DNA of 63,622 bases, filler included, from Chiloscyllium plagiosum (Eukaryota): the NCBI RefSeq assembly GCF_004010195.1. It is 4 parts of one record of this genome, joined end to end, with 100 filler letters (N's around TTAATTAATTAA, not from the genome) between each part and the next. Parts side by side here need not be neighbours in the genome. Positions count along the whole stretch, not along the records: positions 24,002 to 52,294 come from NC_057710.1; 3 more parts are not named here. The stretch is one strand, 5' to 3'. Shown one piece after another: positions 36,531 to 48,919 of the stretch; the stretch's first letter is position 1, and the number at the start of each line of letters is the position of its first letter. A program made the position numbers and the translations under genes. Under the pieces are notes generated by a model. It saw only the letters and a list, made by a program, of their open reading frames with translations, did no database searches and was not told the DNA's origin.

Positions 36531-39500
36531 TTAGAGTCATTGAGTCATTGAGATGTACAGCATAGAAACAAACCTTTGGTCCAACCTGTCCATGCTGACC
36601 AGATATCCCAACCCAATCTAGTCCCACCTGCCAGCACCCGGCCCATATCCCTGCAAACCCTTCCTATTCATATACCCATCCAAATGCCTCTTAAATGTTG
36701 CAATTGTACCAGCCTCCACCACATCCTCTGGCAGCTCATTCCATACATGTACCACCCTCTGCGTGAAAATGTTGCCCCTTAGGTCTCTTTTATATATTTC
36801 CCCTCTCACCCTAAACCTATGCCCTCTAGTTCTGGACTCCCCAACCCCAGGGAAAAGACTTTGTCTATTTATCCTATCCATGCCCCTCATAATTTTGTAA
36901 ACCTCTATAAGGTCACCCCGCAGCCTCTGACGCTCCAGGGAAAACAGGCTCCAGCCTGTTCAGCCTCTCCCGACAGCTCAAATCCTCCAATCCTGGCAAC
37001 ATCCTTGTAAATATTTTCTGAATCCTTTCAAGTTTCACAACATCAGACCAGAATTGCACGCAATAGTCCAACAGTGGCCTAACCAATGTCCTGTACAGCC
37101 GCAACATGACCTCCCAACTCCTGTACTCAATACTCTGACCAATAAAGGAAAGCATACCAAACGCCGCCTTCACTATCCTGTCTACCTGTGACTCCACTTT
37201 CAAGGAGCTATGAACCTGCAGTCCAAGGTCTCATTGTTTGACAACACTCCCTAGGACCTTACCATTAAGTATATAAGTCCTGCTAAGATTTGCTTTCCCA
37301 AAATGCAGCACCTCACATTTATCTGAATTAAACTCCATCTGCCACTTCTCAGCCCATTGGCCCATCTAGTCCAGATCCTGTTGTAATTTGAGGCAACCCT
37401 CTTCGCTGTCCACTACACCTCCAATTTTGGTGTCATCTGCAAACTTACTAACTGTACCTCTTATGCTTGCATTCAAATCATTTATGTAACTGACAAAATG
37501 TAGAGGACCCAGCACCGATCCTTGTGGCACTCCACTGTCACAGGCCTCCAGTCTGAAAAACAACCCTCCACCATCACCCTTTGAGCCAGTTCTGTCTCCA
37601 AATGGCTAGTCCTCCCTGTATTCCATGAGATCTAAGCTTGCTAATCAGTCTCCCATGGGGAACCTTGTCGAACGCCTTAATGAAGTCCATATAGATCACA
37701 TCTACTGCTCTGCCCTCATCAATCTTCTTTGTTACTTCTTCAAAAAACCCAATCAAGTTTGTGAGACACGATTTCCCACGCACAAAGCCATGTTGACTAT
37801 CCCTAATCAGTCCTTTCCTTTTCAAATGTATGTGTATCAGGTCCCTCAGGATTCCCTCCAACAACTTGTCCACCACTGAGGTCAGGCTCACCGGTCTATA
37901 GTTCCCTGGCTTGTCTTTACCACCCTTCTTAAACAGTGACACCACGTCTTCCGGCACCTCATCTGTGACTATCGATGATACAAATATCTCAGCAAGAGGC
38001 CCTGCACTCGCTTCCCTAGCTTCCCACAGAGTTCTCGGGTACACCTGATCAGGTCCTGGGGATTTATCCACCTTTACCTGTTTCAAGACATCCAGCACTT
38101 CCTCCTCTGTCATCTGGACATTTTGCAAGATGTCACCATCTGTTTCCCTACAGTCTATATCTTCCATATCATTTTCCACAGTAAATACTGATGCAAAATA
38201 TTCATTTAGTATCTCCCCTATTTTCTGCGGCTCCACACAAAGGCCGCCTTGCTGATCTTTGAGGGGTCCTATTTTCTCCCTCGTTACCCTTTTGTCCTTA
38301 ATATATTTGCAAAAACTCTTTGGATTCTCCTTAATTCTATTTGCTAAAGCTTTTGCATGTCCCCTTTTTGCCCTCCTGATACTCCTACTTCCTTTATACT
38401 CTTCTAAGGATTCACTCGATCTATCCTGTCTATACTTGACATATGCTTCCTTCTTTTTCTTAACCAAACCCTCAAATTTCTTTAGTCATCCAGCACTCCC
38501 TTTCACCCTGACAGGAATATACTTTCTCTGGATTCTCGTTATCTCATTTCTGAAGGCTTCCCATTTTCCAGCCGTCCCTTTACCTGTGAACATATGCCCC
38601 CAATCAGCTTTCGAAAGTTCTTGCCTAATACCGTCAAAATTGGTCTTTCTCCAATTTTGAACCTCAATTTTTAGATCTGGTCTATCCTTTTCCATCACTA
38701 TTTTAAAACGAATAGAACTATGGTCGCTGGCCCCAAACAACTCCCCCACTGACACCTCAGTCACCTGCCCTGCCTTATTTCCCAAGAGTAGGTTAAGTTT
38801 TGCACCTTCTCTAGTAGGTACATCCACATACTGAATCAGAAAATTGTCTCGTGCGCACTTAAGAAATTCCTCTTCATCTAAACCTTTAACACTATGGCAG
38901 TCCCAGTCGATGTTTGGAAAGTTAAAATCCCCTACCATAACCACCCTGTTATTCTTACAGATAGCTGAGATCTCTTTACAAGTTTGTTTTCAATTTCCCT
39001 CTGACTATTTGGGGGTCTATAATACAATCCCAATAAGGTGATCATCCCTCTCTTATTTCTCCGTTCCACCCAAATAACTTCCCTGGATGAACTTCTGGGA
39101 ATATCCTCCCTCAGCACAGCTGTAATGTTATCCCTTATCAAAAATGCCACTCCCCCTCCTCTCTTGCCTCCCTTTCTTACCTTCCTGTACCATTTGTATC
39201 CTGGAACATTAAGCTGCCAGTCCTGCCCATCCCTGAGCCATGTTTCCGTAATTGCTATTATATCCCAGTCCCATGTTCCTAACCAGGCCCTGAGTTCATC
39301 TGCCTTCTCTGTTAGGCCTCTTGCATTGAAATAAATGCAGTTTAATTTATTAGTCCTACCTTGTCTCTGCCTCACCTGACTGTTTGACTCACTTCTGTTC
39401 TCAACTGTGCCAGTCTCAGATTGATCCCTTTCCTCACTATCTCCCTGGGATCCCCCCCCCCCCCCACCTTACTAGTTTAAATCCTCCCGAGCAGCTGTAG

Positions 39501-40580
39501 CAAATTTCCCTGCCAGTATATTAGTCCACTTCCAATTTAGGTGCAATCCATCCTTCTTATACAGGTCACTTCTACCCCAAAAGAGATTCCAATGATCCAA
39601 AAATGTGAATCCTTCTCCCATACACCAGCTCCTCAGCCATGCATTCATCTGCTCTATCCTCCTATTCCTGCCCTCACTAGCTCGCAGCACTGGGAATAAT
39701 CCAGATATTACTACCTTTGAAGACCTCCTTTTTAAATTTCTGCCTAACTCTGTGTAATCTCCCTTCAGAATCTCAACCTTTTCCTTTCCTATTTAGTTGG
39801 TTCCAATGTGGACAATGACCTCTTGCTGGCCCCTCTCCCCCATGAGAACATTCTGCACCCTCTCCGAGGCATCCTTGATTCTGGCACCAGGGAAACAACA
39901 CACCATTCTGCTTTTTCTCTGTTGGCCATAGAAACGTCTGTCTGTACCTCGGACTACAGAATCCCCTAACACAGTTGATCTCTTGGAAGCCGACATACCC
40001 TCATTGCATTAGAGTCAGTCTCAAACCAGAAACTTGGCTGTTTGTGCTATGTTCCCCTGAGAATCCATTTTCCAAAACAGCATACCTGTTTGAAATGGGT
40101 ATATACACAGAAGACTCCTGCACTAGGTGCCTACCTCTCTTACCCTTCCTGGAATTAACCCATCTATGTGACTGTATCTGAGACTTTCCCCCCTTCCTAT
40201 AACTGCCAGTAATAACATACTGTTGCTGTTGCAAATTCCTCATCGTTTCTATCTGTCTCTCCAACTGATCCATTCGATCTGATAAGATTCGCATCCAACA
40301 GCATTTATGGCAGATATAATCTGCAGTAACCCTTAAACTCTCTTTAAACTCTCACATCTGACAAGAAGTACACATCACTGCAAAGGCCATTTTTGCTCCT
40401 TCACAATCTACAGACCCAGAAAATAATACCGTCTTATTCCCCTGCAAAAGACTGCACCAGGATAAATTAAAAGCTATGGCTTATATTTTAAGTTTGATCA
40501 AGAGACTTATCTCCAAAAACATATAATCAAGAAAGAACCCACTGTACTCACTAATACAGCCTTTCTCTTGGACAGACTTA
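36531..40580 (-). mobile_element. Near full-length CR1 LINE (inactive)
   Basis: ORF1 ~40390-39472 has CTSC...CHKC zinc-finger-like, coiled-coil and SGNH esterase motifs (LGDSVVRG, HIGTN, DGLHLN). ORF2 ~39375-36618 has APE (YFNARGL, ITETWL, VGDFN, ASDH) and RT (PQGS, FADD). Several frameshifts. Confidence 0.95.
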
Positions 40581-42888
40581 AATTACAGATGCATTTATTC
40601 AAATTTATTTATGTTCTAGATTCTTGTCAAACGAATGACCTTTTCTTTAGACCTTAATCACAATGAAAAGTTAGCTCTATGTTTGTGATCAGCTGTGGAC
40701 TATGGGATGGATTTTGTGCCTTTCCCCCTTCACTTGATAAAGTGTGCTGGGTAAGTAGTTCACTGCCTTCCTGACAATCCTAGTCCACTCCCCATAATAT
40801 GTAGGGGTGGCTGACATTCCTCCTTGTCCACCCACCATTAGACTTACTGAGGCCTTTAACTAGCTGATTAATGGCCAGTTAAACCCTGGCCAACCCTTGT
40901 TGGAAGTCAGCCAACAAGGAAGATCACTCAAGTTGATGAGAAGATTCATTGGGGCTGCTGCTCATGCCTCCAGCAGACTATTTTACATTTTGCAACATTA
41001 TGTAATATCAGCACTTATGCAAGCACTGCTAACCGCTGAGCCACCATATGATATGCTTTGCCCCTCCTCAAACCCCTTTAGCATAGAAAGCTCATCAACC
41101 ATCTTCCTTCCTATGATCTGTCATCCTTTCCATCACAAAACCCCAGTCTTACCTGCATCTGGAATCCATCTTTGATTCTTGTGGGACTACTTGCAAAATT
41201 TAGAAATACATCTATTAATAAAGAAAGAAACATAAATTGATTTGCTCAAGGTAAGTCAACTTTGACCAAGATAGTGTCACAGAAGAAACTGAGTATCTTT
41301 TATTGGGTCTCAAATCAACATTAGCGTCTGGATTTCAGATGATAATCTTCCATTTCAGTTATGAATGGAATGTGGAACTGCAGTCTCATCCCCAGCACAG
41401 CAGAGGCTTCTGGATCTCCAAGAAGTCTTTAAGTAAGGGGCCTTACCCAGCACACAGGATAAACATGTCTGCTATCTGACTGGACATATCTGAAGTGAAT
41501 GATAAAGTATCAATTGGTCCTCCGTAATGTTGAGCATTCTTCCACCCTTCCTGTTCTTCTCCCTGGTATTATTCATGGTATTATTGTGCAGAAAGAAAGG
41601 GGTGGAAAACATTGAGATAGTGAGTGGGTATGTGTAGGACTTGTGCATATAGCAGTAGACAAAGAACAGAATGATGGAGGAGTGTTAAATGTAAACTGCA
41701 GCTTGTATGATGTGCAGTGAGTAAGGAGGAGGCGCAGTGTAATGTAAGCCTTCAGAGATACGAAGTGGGTGATGTAAGTGTGAGCTGAGAAGGGGGGAGA
41801 TGAAGAATTGATTGTGTCCAGACGAATAGGAGATGTGCCTTGGTGTGACTTTCTAATTGCATGTTGATGGATGTTGTGGAGGGGAAGTATGTGGTGAGAG
41901 AGGGTGAGGTGGTGTTGAAATATATGGATCAGTAATGGGTTGACCTCAGTCTTGACGCATTTAAGAACATTAAACCTAATTGGGAAGGTGATATAGGGAG
42001 TGGAGTAAGGCTGCTGACACTTATCCTCTCTGTGCTGGTCTCTCTAAAAGCCCTTACGATGTTGCTGAGTGTGAATATGAAAAGTATCTCCTCGCTTCTT
42101 CTCTGGGACATCCGCAGTAGAGAAGAGCCCTTTGACTCATCTCAACAATCAGATATAAGCAAGGAATGTTACCCAGCTGTGTAAACTACATGTTTCCTTT
42201 CTGTACATCTCAAGAATGGTGGCAGGAACTATGTCCAGGTGGGTTGGCTCCTCTATTTCATAGGAGGTCAGTGTCATGACCAGGTCCTAAGCAAGGTTTC
42301 CCCGTTGATTACAGTTCCAGGTGCAATAGCCACGTTGTTAAGCTTTTGAGTGAGAAGCAGTGAACTGGCTCCTCTTTATTTGCCCACTCTACTCAGTTGA
42401 TTGCAACAAGGTTAATTTGGACCAGACTTTCTTGAGCTAACAAAAGAGCGAGTATATTTGTCATGAAATGTGAAAAGAAATAATAATGTCACATACATGT
42501 ACAGATTACGAATAATAAATAATACTGAGTCTACTAAAAGATTAAAGTTAAAAAGATTTACAAATCAGTCTCTGAATTGCTCATTAAGATTAGATAGTGT
42601 GGTGTTATTTCTGTTACTTTCAAAGGTGCTATAGAGTTGATATTGATGGCTGAACAGTGGATTTTGAGATACTTGGCTTTGCAAGATTGAAATTTGTTTG
42701 TCCTGGTTTATTTCATAAGCCCCCAACACAGAAATTAGGCCAATTAGACCACTGAGTCTGCTCCGCCATTCAATCGTGGACATTCAATTTCAATGGTGTC
42801 TAGATGGCAGCACTTAGAGTAAGAGTGTCTTTTTTTCCCCATAATTTACCCTGCAGTGCAGGAGTGTTTAATAGCTATATTTAAAATA

Positions 42889-43107
42889 TAGTTGGTTCCG
42901 ATATAATGGGATAGTTCCATTCTCGTTCAAACTTGCTTTATAAGAAATGCAGACAATAGCTGCACCGTTTAAACTAATGGGGCCAGAATCACGTTATAGC
43001 CAATGCACCTAAGGAAAGTTCATGTTCTACAAATAATGAACTAAATTCTTCAATTCCGTTAAAGCCAATTGGCATTGAAGAAACACGCATTATAGCAGAA
43101 CCGATTG
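42889..43107. mobile_element. Tc1/mariner (pogo/Tigger-like) MITE
   Basis: Imperfect ~22-bp terminal inverted repeats (TIRs) TAGTTGGTTCCGATATAATGGG / CGCATTATAGCAGAACCGATTG with TA on both sides. Confidence 0.65.
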
Positions 43108-43564
43108 TATGGCCATTGCAGCACATTAGTCCGCATTCACTAGCCTATCAGGCTGTAAGTACAGACAGTCAAGAGGTTGCAATCAGTTTTTAACTTTGCT
43201 TTAATACCCTGGAAAGGTAAATCACAGCCATTTCTGCAGGAGATGACTTCCTGCTGAGGGGAGGAGGGGCATCTTGGCATCTCTTCCTTTTTAGCTTTGC
43301 TCTTTGAAGGTTCCTTGACTCTCTATAGATGTGAGATCCCAAGAGTCCACACAGGACTCTACCATACAGTCACTGAATTTACACCTGCAGTCACTTTTTG
43401 ACTGGAGCAATCTCTTTTTTAAAAAAAAATCACTTGTTGGAATTAAAACTTTAATATATCCGTAAGCACGTTGGGCCTCCCATCCATCACCAAGATAGTC
43501 AGAGTAATTGACTAATGTTTCCCATGTCTGGGAGTTAAAGTGACCTGTGCCTAATGTTGCATTT

Positions 43565-43775
43565 TTTAAAATCACACATCAGGTTATAGTCCAACAGGTT
43601 TATTTGGAAGCACTAGCTTTCGGAGCACTGCCTCTTCATCAGGTGGTTGTCACAACCGTCTGCTGAAGGTGCAGTGCCTCGAACGCTAGTGCTTCCAAAT
43701 AAACCTGTTGGACTATAACCTGGTTTGTGTGATTTTTAAGTATGTCCACCTCAGTCCAACACTGGCACCTCCAAA
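43565..43775. mobile_element. Palindromic double-hammerhead mini-element (AGCT family)
   Basis: ~85-bp inverted arms centred at GGTTGT-C-ACAACC (43645-43657). Minus hammerhead at 43611-43645 has an intact core and weakened stem II; plus copy at 43657-43691 is decayed. ~35-nt tail at 43741-43775. Confidence 0.85.
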
Positions 43776-45539
43776 CAATATTGCATCATCATTGTCACTT
43801 GTCCCTGCCAAATGCCTAAATTATTGTCAGAGTTAAAATAAACCCTTACGATTGAAGTTATATTCAAACAGTAAACCTGTTCAAAGAAAAAAAGAAGTGG
43901 CCGTTGGATGAAGAGAGGTTTAGCCTGGGTATAAACAGGACATATGAAGAGATCAGTTGGGCATAAGTTGGTGGTTGTATTTTTGTGGCATTGTATCCCA
44001 GGATGAGTCAGCAGCTTCAGGAGAGAAAATTGCAAAACTAGCATTGTAATTACTTCAATTCAGTACTCTCAGATATTAAACAAACTTGTTTAAAAGAGAA
44101 TGACCTGCAGTGCTTCATGTCCCTGGAAAAGCAGGGACAAGCTTGTGTTTTAATTATGGAACTGTTATTAAATGCACTGAAAGACTCATTCAATTTATAA
44201 AGCCTGAATGAAATAGAATATTCACACATGTATCATTTTCATGACAGGGAGGTGGGAAAGTCAAATTTGCAATAGTATTTCTATAGCGGTTGGACTGCCT
44301 AAAGAACATTATAAGTGAATTAATCTTAACCAGCATAAAGGGTTGGATCAGATGTTTCCTTTGTCCAATTATAAGCTTTGTTACAACTGAGCTCTAATGC
44401 AGCTCGCGACTGTCATTACAAGCCAATCGGTCTTTGGCTTTGAGGATGGCAGATGTGTACAGCTCCCTGTAGGGGTCTGCTCGTCTGAAGGCCAAACAGC
44501 AAATTTCTCATTTCCGTTCAGTGCTGAGGTGTCTAATTGCTGCTTAGTTTCACCAGTCAAGTAATTCACACCAATGTGCTAAAAACAGCCACTAGTAGTT
44601 AAGCTTCCATCTAGAGCTTGGTGAACAATCCTGACATTTTATTGCAGGCCCTGATTCTACAGCCTGCTAAGAATCAGGTTTCCCCTCGAATAGGCAGCCA
44701 ATCTTCGGAAAATTACATTTGAAAGCCTGTGAGAAGTAAGAAGAGAAGCTTAAGTGCTAGCCTTGACTGGACGATATTTCTCAATCATTTAAACACCTGG
44801 CAATAAAATTAAAATTACAGCCATCTTCAGAAACTAGAACAAAATTGTGATGCTTCCTGCACTACACAGTGATCAAACATGGACATTTACAGAATGTGGT
44901 TTACTTTTAACTGGCTAAATGAAGCTGCCTTAAGACTTTTCTGATGTTATAGACATTTGGAAGTCTATTTGTTTGTTTAGAAATTGCCTGTTCAAATGCT
45001 GTAGCCCAATGAGGTTAAAGAGATCCTCCAAGGAAGATCTTATTGATTTTAATTATGGAGAAGCTGCCCAGGGGGAGAATGGAGTTCTGCTGTTTGTTTA
45101 GCTAAGGCTCATGATTTTTTTTCCCATTTATATGTGTGTGTAATCTCAGATAAAATCAGCTATCTCTTATTATTGTAGCAAGTTGCAAAAAAGGCTTTAG
45201 ATCTTTAATTGCTTTCAATAAAGTGTTCAAAGAAACATACATTTGTAACTGGAAACCACTATTAATGCAACATTTAATGTAAATATTACTTATTCTTTGA
45301 GTCTATCAATACACTGCATGTTCATTCAGTGAAACAGAAAATGACTGAATTATCTCTTTCTTTCTCATTTATCCCAGACAAATTGGAATATCACTTTCAA
45401 TTGCAACTTCTGTATTATTGAAGCTGAGAGTTAATTCATCATGCTAAAATCTAAATCCATTTTCTCCCATTTTTTATTTGTTCATGGGATGTGGGTGTCA
45501 CTAACATTTAATTCCTATTAATAATTATCCTTGATAAAT

Positions 45540-46040
45540 TGTTACATGGGACCCCACCACACTGTTCTGTATCTGTAAAATCATCCTTACTGTCCTGTTT
45601 TAACACCATCACCTTGATAAATTGTTCTGATCGCTCTACCTTAATTAGTTTGTATGGTTTTGGATTACTTATTATTTTGGTTAGACATTCAGTATAGGAC
45701 TCTTATATCTATCATGTTATTCCAGTCATTTGGTTTGTCTCCAACACCAGCTTATTTTTAATTTTTTGTAATGATCTCTCTGCCTCATTTAATGGATTAT
45801 AGGTCATCCCTTTGCTTGTTATTCAGCTGTTGACACTTTACTCACACCGTCTGACATTTTTGATCACCTGCAGAGACTTATTATTCAGCCTGTCGACTCC
45901 ACTCACACCATTTGTATGATCTTTTGATCTCTCTGCCCTTGATCTATCTGCCTATAAATTCTGTGCCTTCCTGCTTCTCTCTCACTTCACTTGGTGAAGG
46001 GGCAATGTTCCGAAAGCTTGTGATTTCAGATATAACCTAG
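45540..46040 (+). mobile_element. Old PLE 3' end/pLTR with decayed hammerhead
   Basis: CTATAAATTCTGTG (as at 348-361) followed by CAC-TTGGTGA-A-GGGGC-AAT-GTTCC-GAAAGCTT-GTG at 45988-46022. Confidence 0.6.
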
Positions 46041-47224
46041 GGTCGTGAGGCTGAAAGTAGATACATCTTACACTCATCAGGACAGAAGCAGAAATGTCAA
46101 CTTTTAAAAAAATGTAAGCAAATGTAAGCAAGCCATTTATAAGTCATTTATAAGCCTGATTTCTATTGATAAATTTGTTGTTAGTGTAGTTTTCCTCAGA
46201 GTCACGTGGGGGCAGACATGAAATCAGACCAGTCATAACCTTTGTGAATGGCAGAGCATTCTGCTCCTGTTGTTATACTCCTAGCAAATGGTTAATGTGA
46301 GCCATTGTCTTGAATTATTATAGTCTACGTGTTGTGGCTATGCTCAGATCTGTTACAAAGGGAGTTCCAGGATTTTCATTCAATGATGGTAAGTTACAAG
46401 TTAGGAGTGGTGTGTGACTCTGAGGGAAACTTACAGGTTACAGTTGTTTCTTTAAGTATTTAAGTTATAGGTTCGGAAGGTACTCTCCTGAGAAACTTTG
46501 TAGATGGTAAACATTGATGTGATGGAGGGGATTAAAGTTGAAGGTAGCGGTGTGGGTGGCAATAGCATGGTTATTTTCTTCTGGGTCCTGTCAAGATTCT
46601 TCAACATTTCTGGAGTTGCATTCATCCAGAGAGGTGGAGATTATTCCATCACACTCTTGACTTATTTCTTCAAGATGCTGGACAGGTTTTGGTGAATGAG
46701 GAATTGAATTATACTTTGCAAAGCTTCTGAACTGCATTTGCAGCCACATTGGGTGAATCATCTCCCAGCTTCAGGACTCTGACATCAGGATCAAAAGGGT
46801 GTCCAAAGACCAGCAGCTGTAGATATTTGGAAGTGCCATGGGGAGAGATAGGCATTACTGAGGCAGGTTGGTGACTGCCCAAGTGTCTCAACATGGAGTG
46901 CTCACACTTGGCCATGCAACCGTGAAGCAGTAAGTATGCAAGCCTCACTAATAGGGCATGGTGCCTCTAATTCTGATGGATTCAACCCCACTGCCATCTC
47001 TCAATCTCACTATCTCTGAGCAGAGATATCTTGTCTACTGAGCAGTGGTTTCTGAACTCAGTGGCATCTGCCCTTCCAGTGGCACATTCCTGGTAAGGCT
47101 GCAAAGTTGCTTCTCAATGTATCCTTACTTATGATATAGGAAGTAATCCAATTCTCAGTCCTCCAGGAAAGAGACCCTGAAACATCTTTCCCTATAAATT
47201 CCAGAGGTAAGGTGAGGGAAACAT

Positions 47225-48475
47225 TCCTTGATATCAAGGCCATCTTTGATGCAGTGTAGCATCAAGGACCCCCAGCAAAAGTGAAATCAATGGGTAAACT
47301 CTCTGCTGGTTGGAGTCATACCTGGCATATAGGAAGATGGTTATGGTTGCTGGAGGTCAGTCATCTCTGCATGAATTCATTAGGATAGGGTCCTAGGCTG
47401 AACCATCTTAAGCTGCTTCACCAATGACCTTCACTCCATCATAAGGTCAAAAGTGGGGATGGTCGCTGAAGATTGCAACATGTTCAGCAGCATTTGTGAC
47501 TCCTCGGATACTGTTCACTTGAAACAAGACCTGGGCTGAAAAGTGGCAAGTGACATTTGCGCCGCACAAAATATCACCCCTTAAAATTCAATGGTGTTTA
47601 CCATTATAGAATCCCCCACTATCAACATCCTGAGGGTTACTGTTGATCAGAGACTCAACCGGACTTATTGTATGTGTTCAGGGATATGTAAGCTCGGTGC
47701 ATCAGTCAGGAGAAATGTAGAGCAATAGAGTAGGGGAATGGGTCTGGGTGGGATACTCTTTGGAGGGGCGGTGTTGACTTGTTGGGCCTAATGACCTGTT
47801 TCCACACTGTAGGGATTCTATGACTCCTGTCTGTCGACCAGTTCTCTATCAATGTCAGTACAGTATCCCCAACTGGAGAGAGTCAACTGGACTTACTATA
47901 TGATACTGTGGCTAGAAGAGCAGGCCAGAGGCCAGGAATACTGTAGCTTCTAACTAACCTCCTGACTCCCCAAACCCTGTCCATTATCCACAAGGAGTGT
48001 GGATGGAATATCCCCACTTGCCTGGATGGGTGCAGCTTCAACACATTCAAGAAGCTTGGTACCATTCATGACAAAGCAGCCTGTTTGATTCACACACATC
48101 CACTGCCTCTACCACTGACACTCAATAGCAGCAGCCTGTACTATCTACAAGATGCACTGCAGAAATTCACCAAAGGTCCTCAGACAGCACCTTCCAAACT
48201 CACGATCACTTCCATCTAGAAAGACAGGGCAGTAGATACATGGGAACACCACTACCTGCAAGTTCCCCTGCAAGCCACTCACAATCCGGACTTGGAAATT
48301 TATCACTGTTCCTACTCTGTCACTGGGTCAAAATCCTGGAATTCCCCCTCAGGGCGTGATGGACTGCAGCAGTTCCAGAAGGCAGCTCATGGCTACTTTC
48401 TCAAGGGCAGCTAAGGAAGAGCAATAAATATTGGCCCAGGCAGTAGCATTCATGTCACACGAGTGAATAAAAAAA
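47225..48475 (+). mobile_element. Old LINE (CR1/L2 group) RT to 3' end, with an inserted duplicated segment
   Basis: LDIKA-FD, VLG-TI-SCFTNDL and GMVAED (decayed FADD) motifs; tail AATAAATATTGGCC...GAATAAAAAA. Confidence 0.75.
47675..47873 (+). repeat. Dispersed duplicate of 49411-49608 (SINE tail plus flank)
   Basis: Both copies run from the SINE tail into CTGTCTGTCGACCAGTTCTCTAT.AAT.TCAGTACAGTATCCCCAAC. Confidence 0.85.
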
Positions 48476-48919
48476 TTCTGACTCTTCCACCCATGGTCGT
48501 GTAGCTAGAAAAATTAGCTGGGCTGGCCTACATGTGACACCAGACCCACAGCAAAGTAATTGACTCTTAACAGTCCTCTGAGCTATTAGAGATGGGCAAT
48601 AAATGCCAACTTGCGCCAGTAATGCCCAAAATTCATGAATGAATTAAAAAAAACTCAAATCCTCTCACAATGAAGACCAACATACAATTTACTTCCTTCA
48701 CTACATGGTTATTTTCAGGAGTTATCACAAGGAGACCTAAGTTTTGTTTGTACCTCTCCCTTTCCCAACCTGTCACCATTCAGGTAATAAAAACAGAAAT
48801 TGCTGGAAAAGCTCAGCATCAGTAGAGAGAAGTCAGAGTTAATATTTCGGGTCAAGTGCCATTTCCTCAGATGTCAGCACCCATAGTTCTTTCGGTTTTT
48901 ATTTACCATTCGGATAATA

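Noticed and set aside
41190..41256. Possible exon ending at the strong donor-like CAAG|GTAAGT (~41250)
   Set aside because: No recognisable peptide or similarity to MAEA; isolated splice-like motifs are expected by chance.
43565..43775. Classifying the palindromes as DNA-transposon MITEs
   Set aside because: The asymmetric tail, variable 11-15 bp TSDs in related copies, and identity of related fold-backs to PLE terminal repeats argue against it. The real MITEs here (42889, 54486) have symmetric TIRs and TA TSDs.
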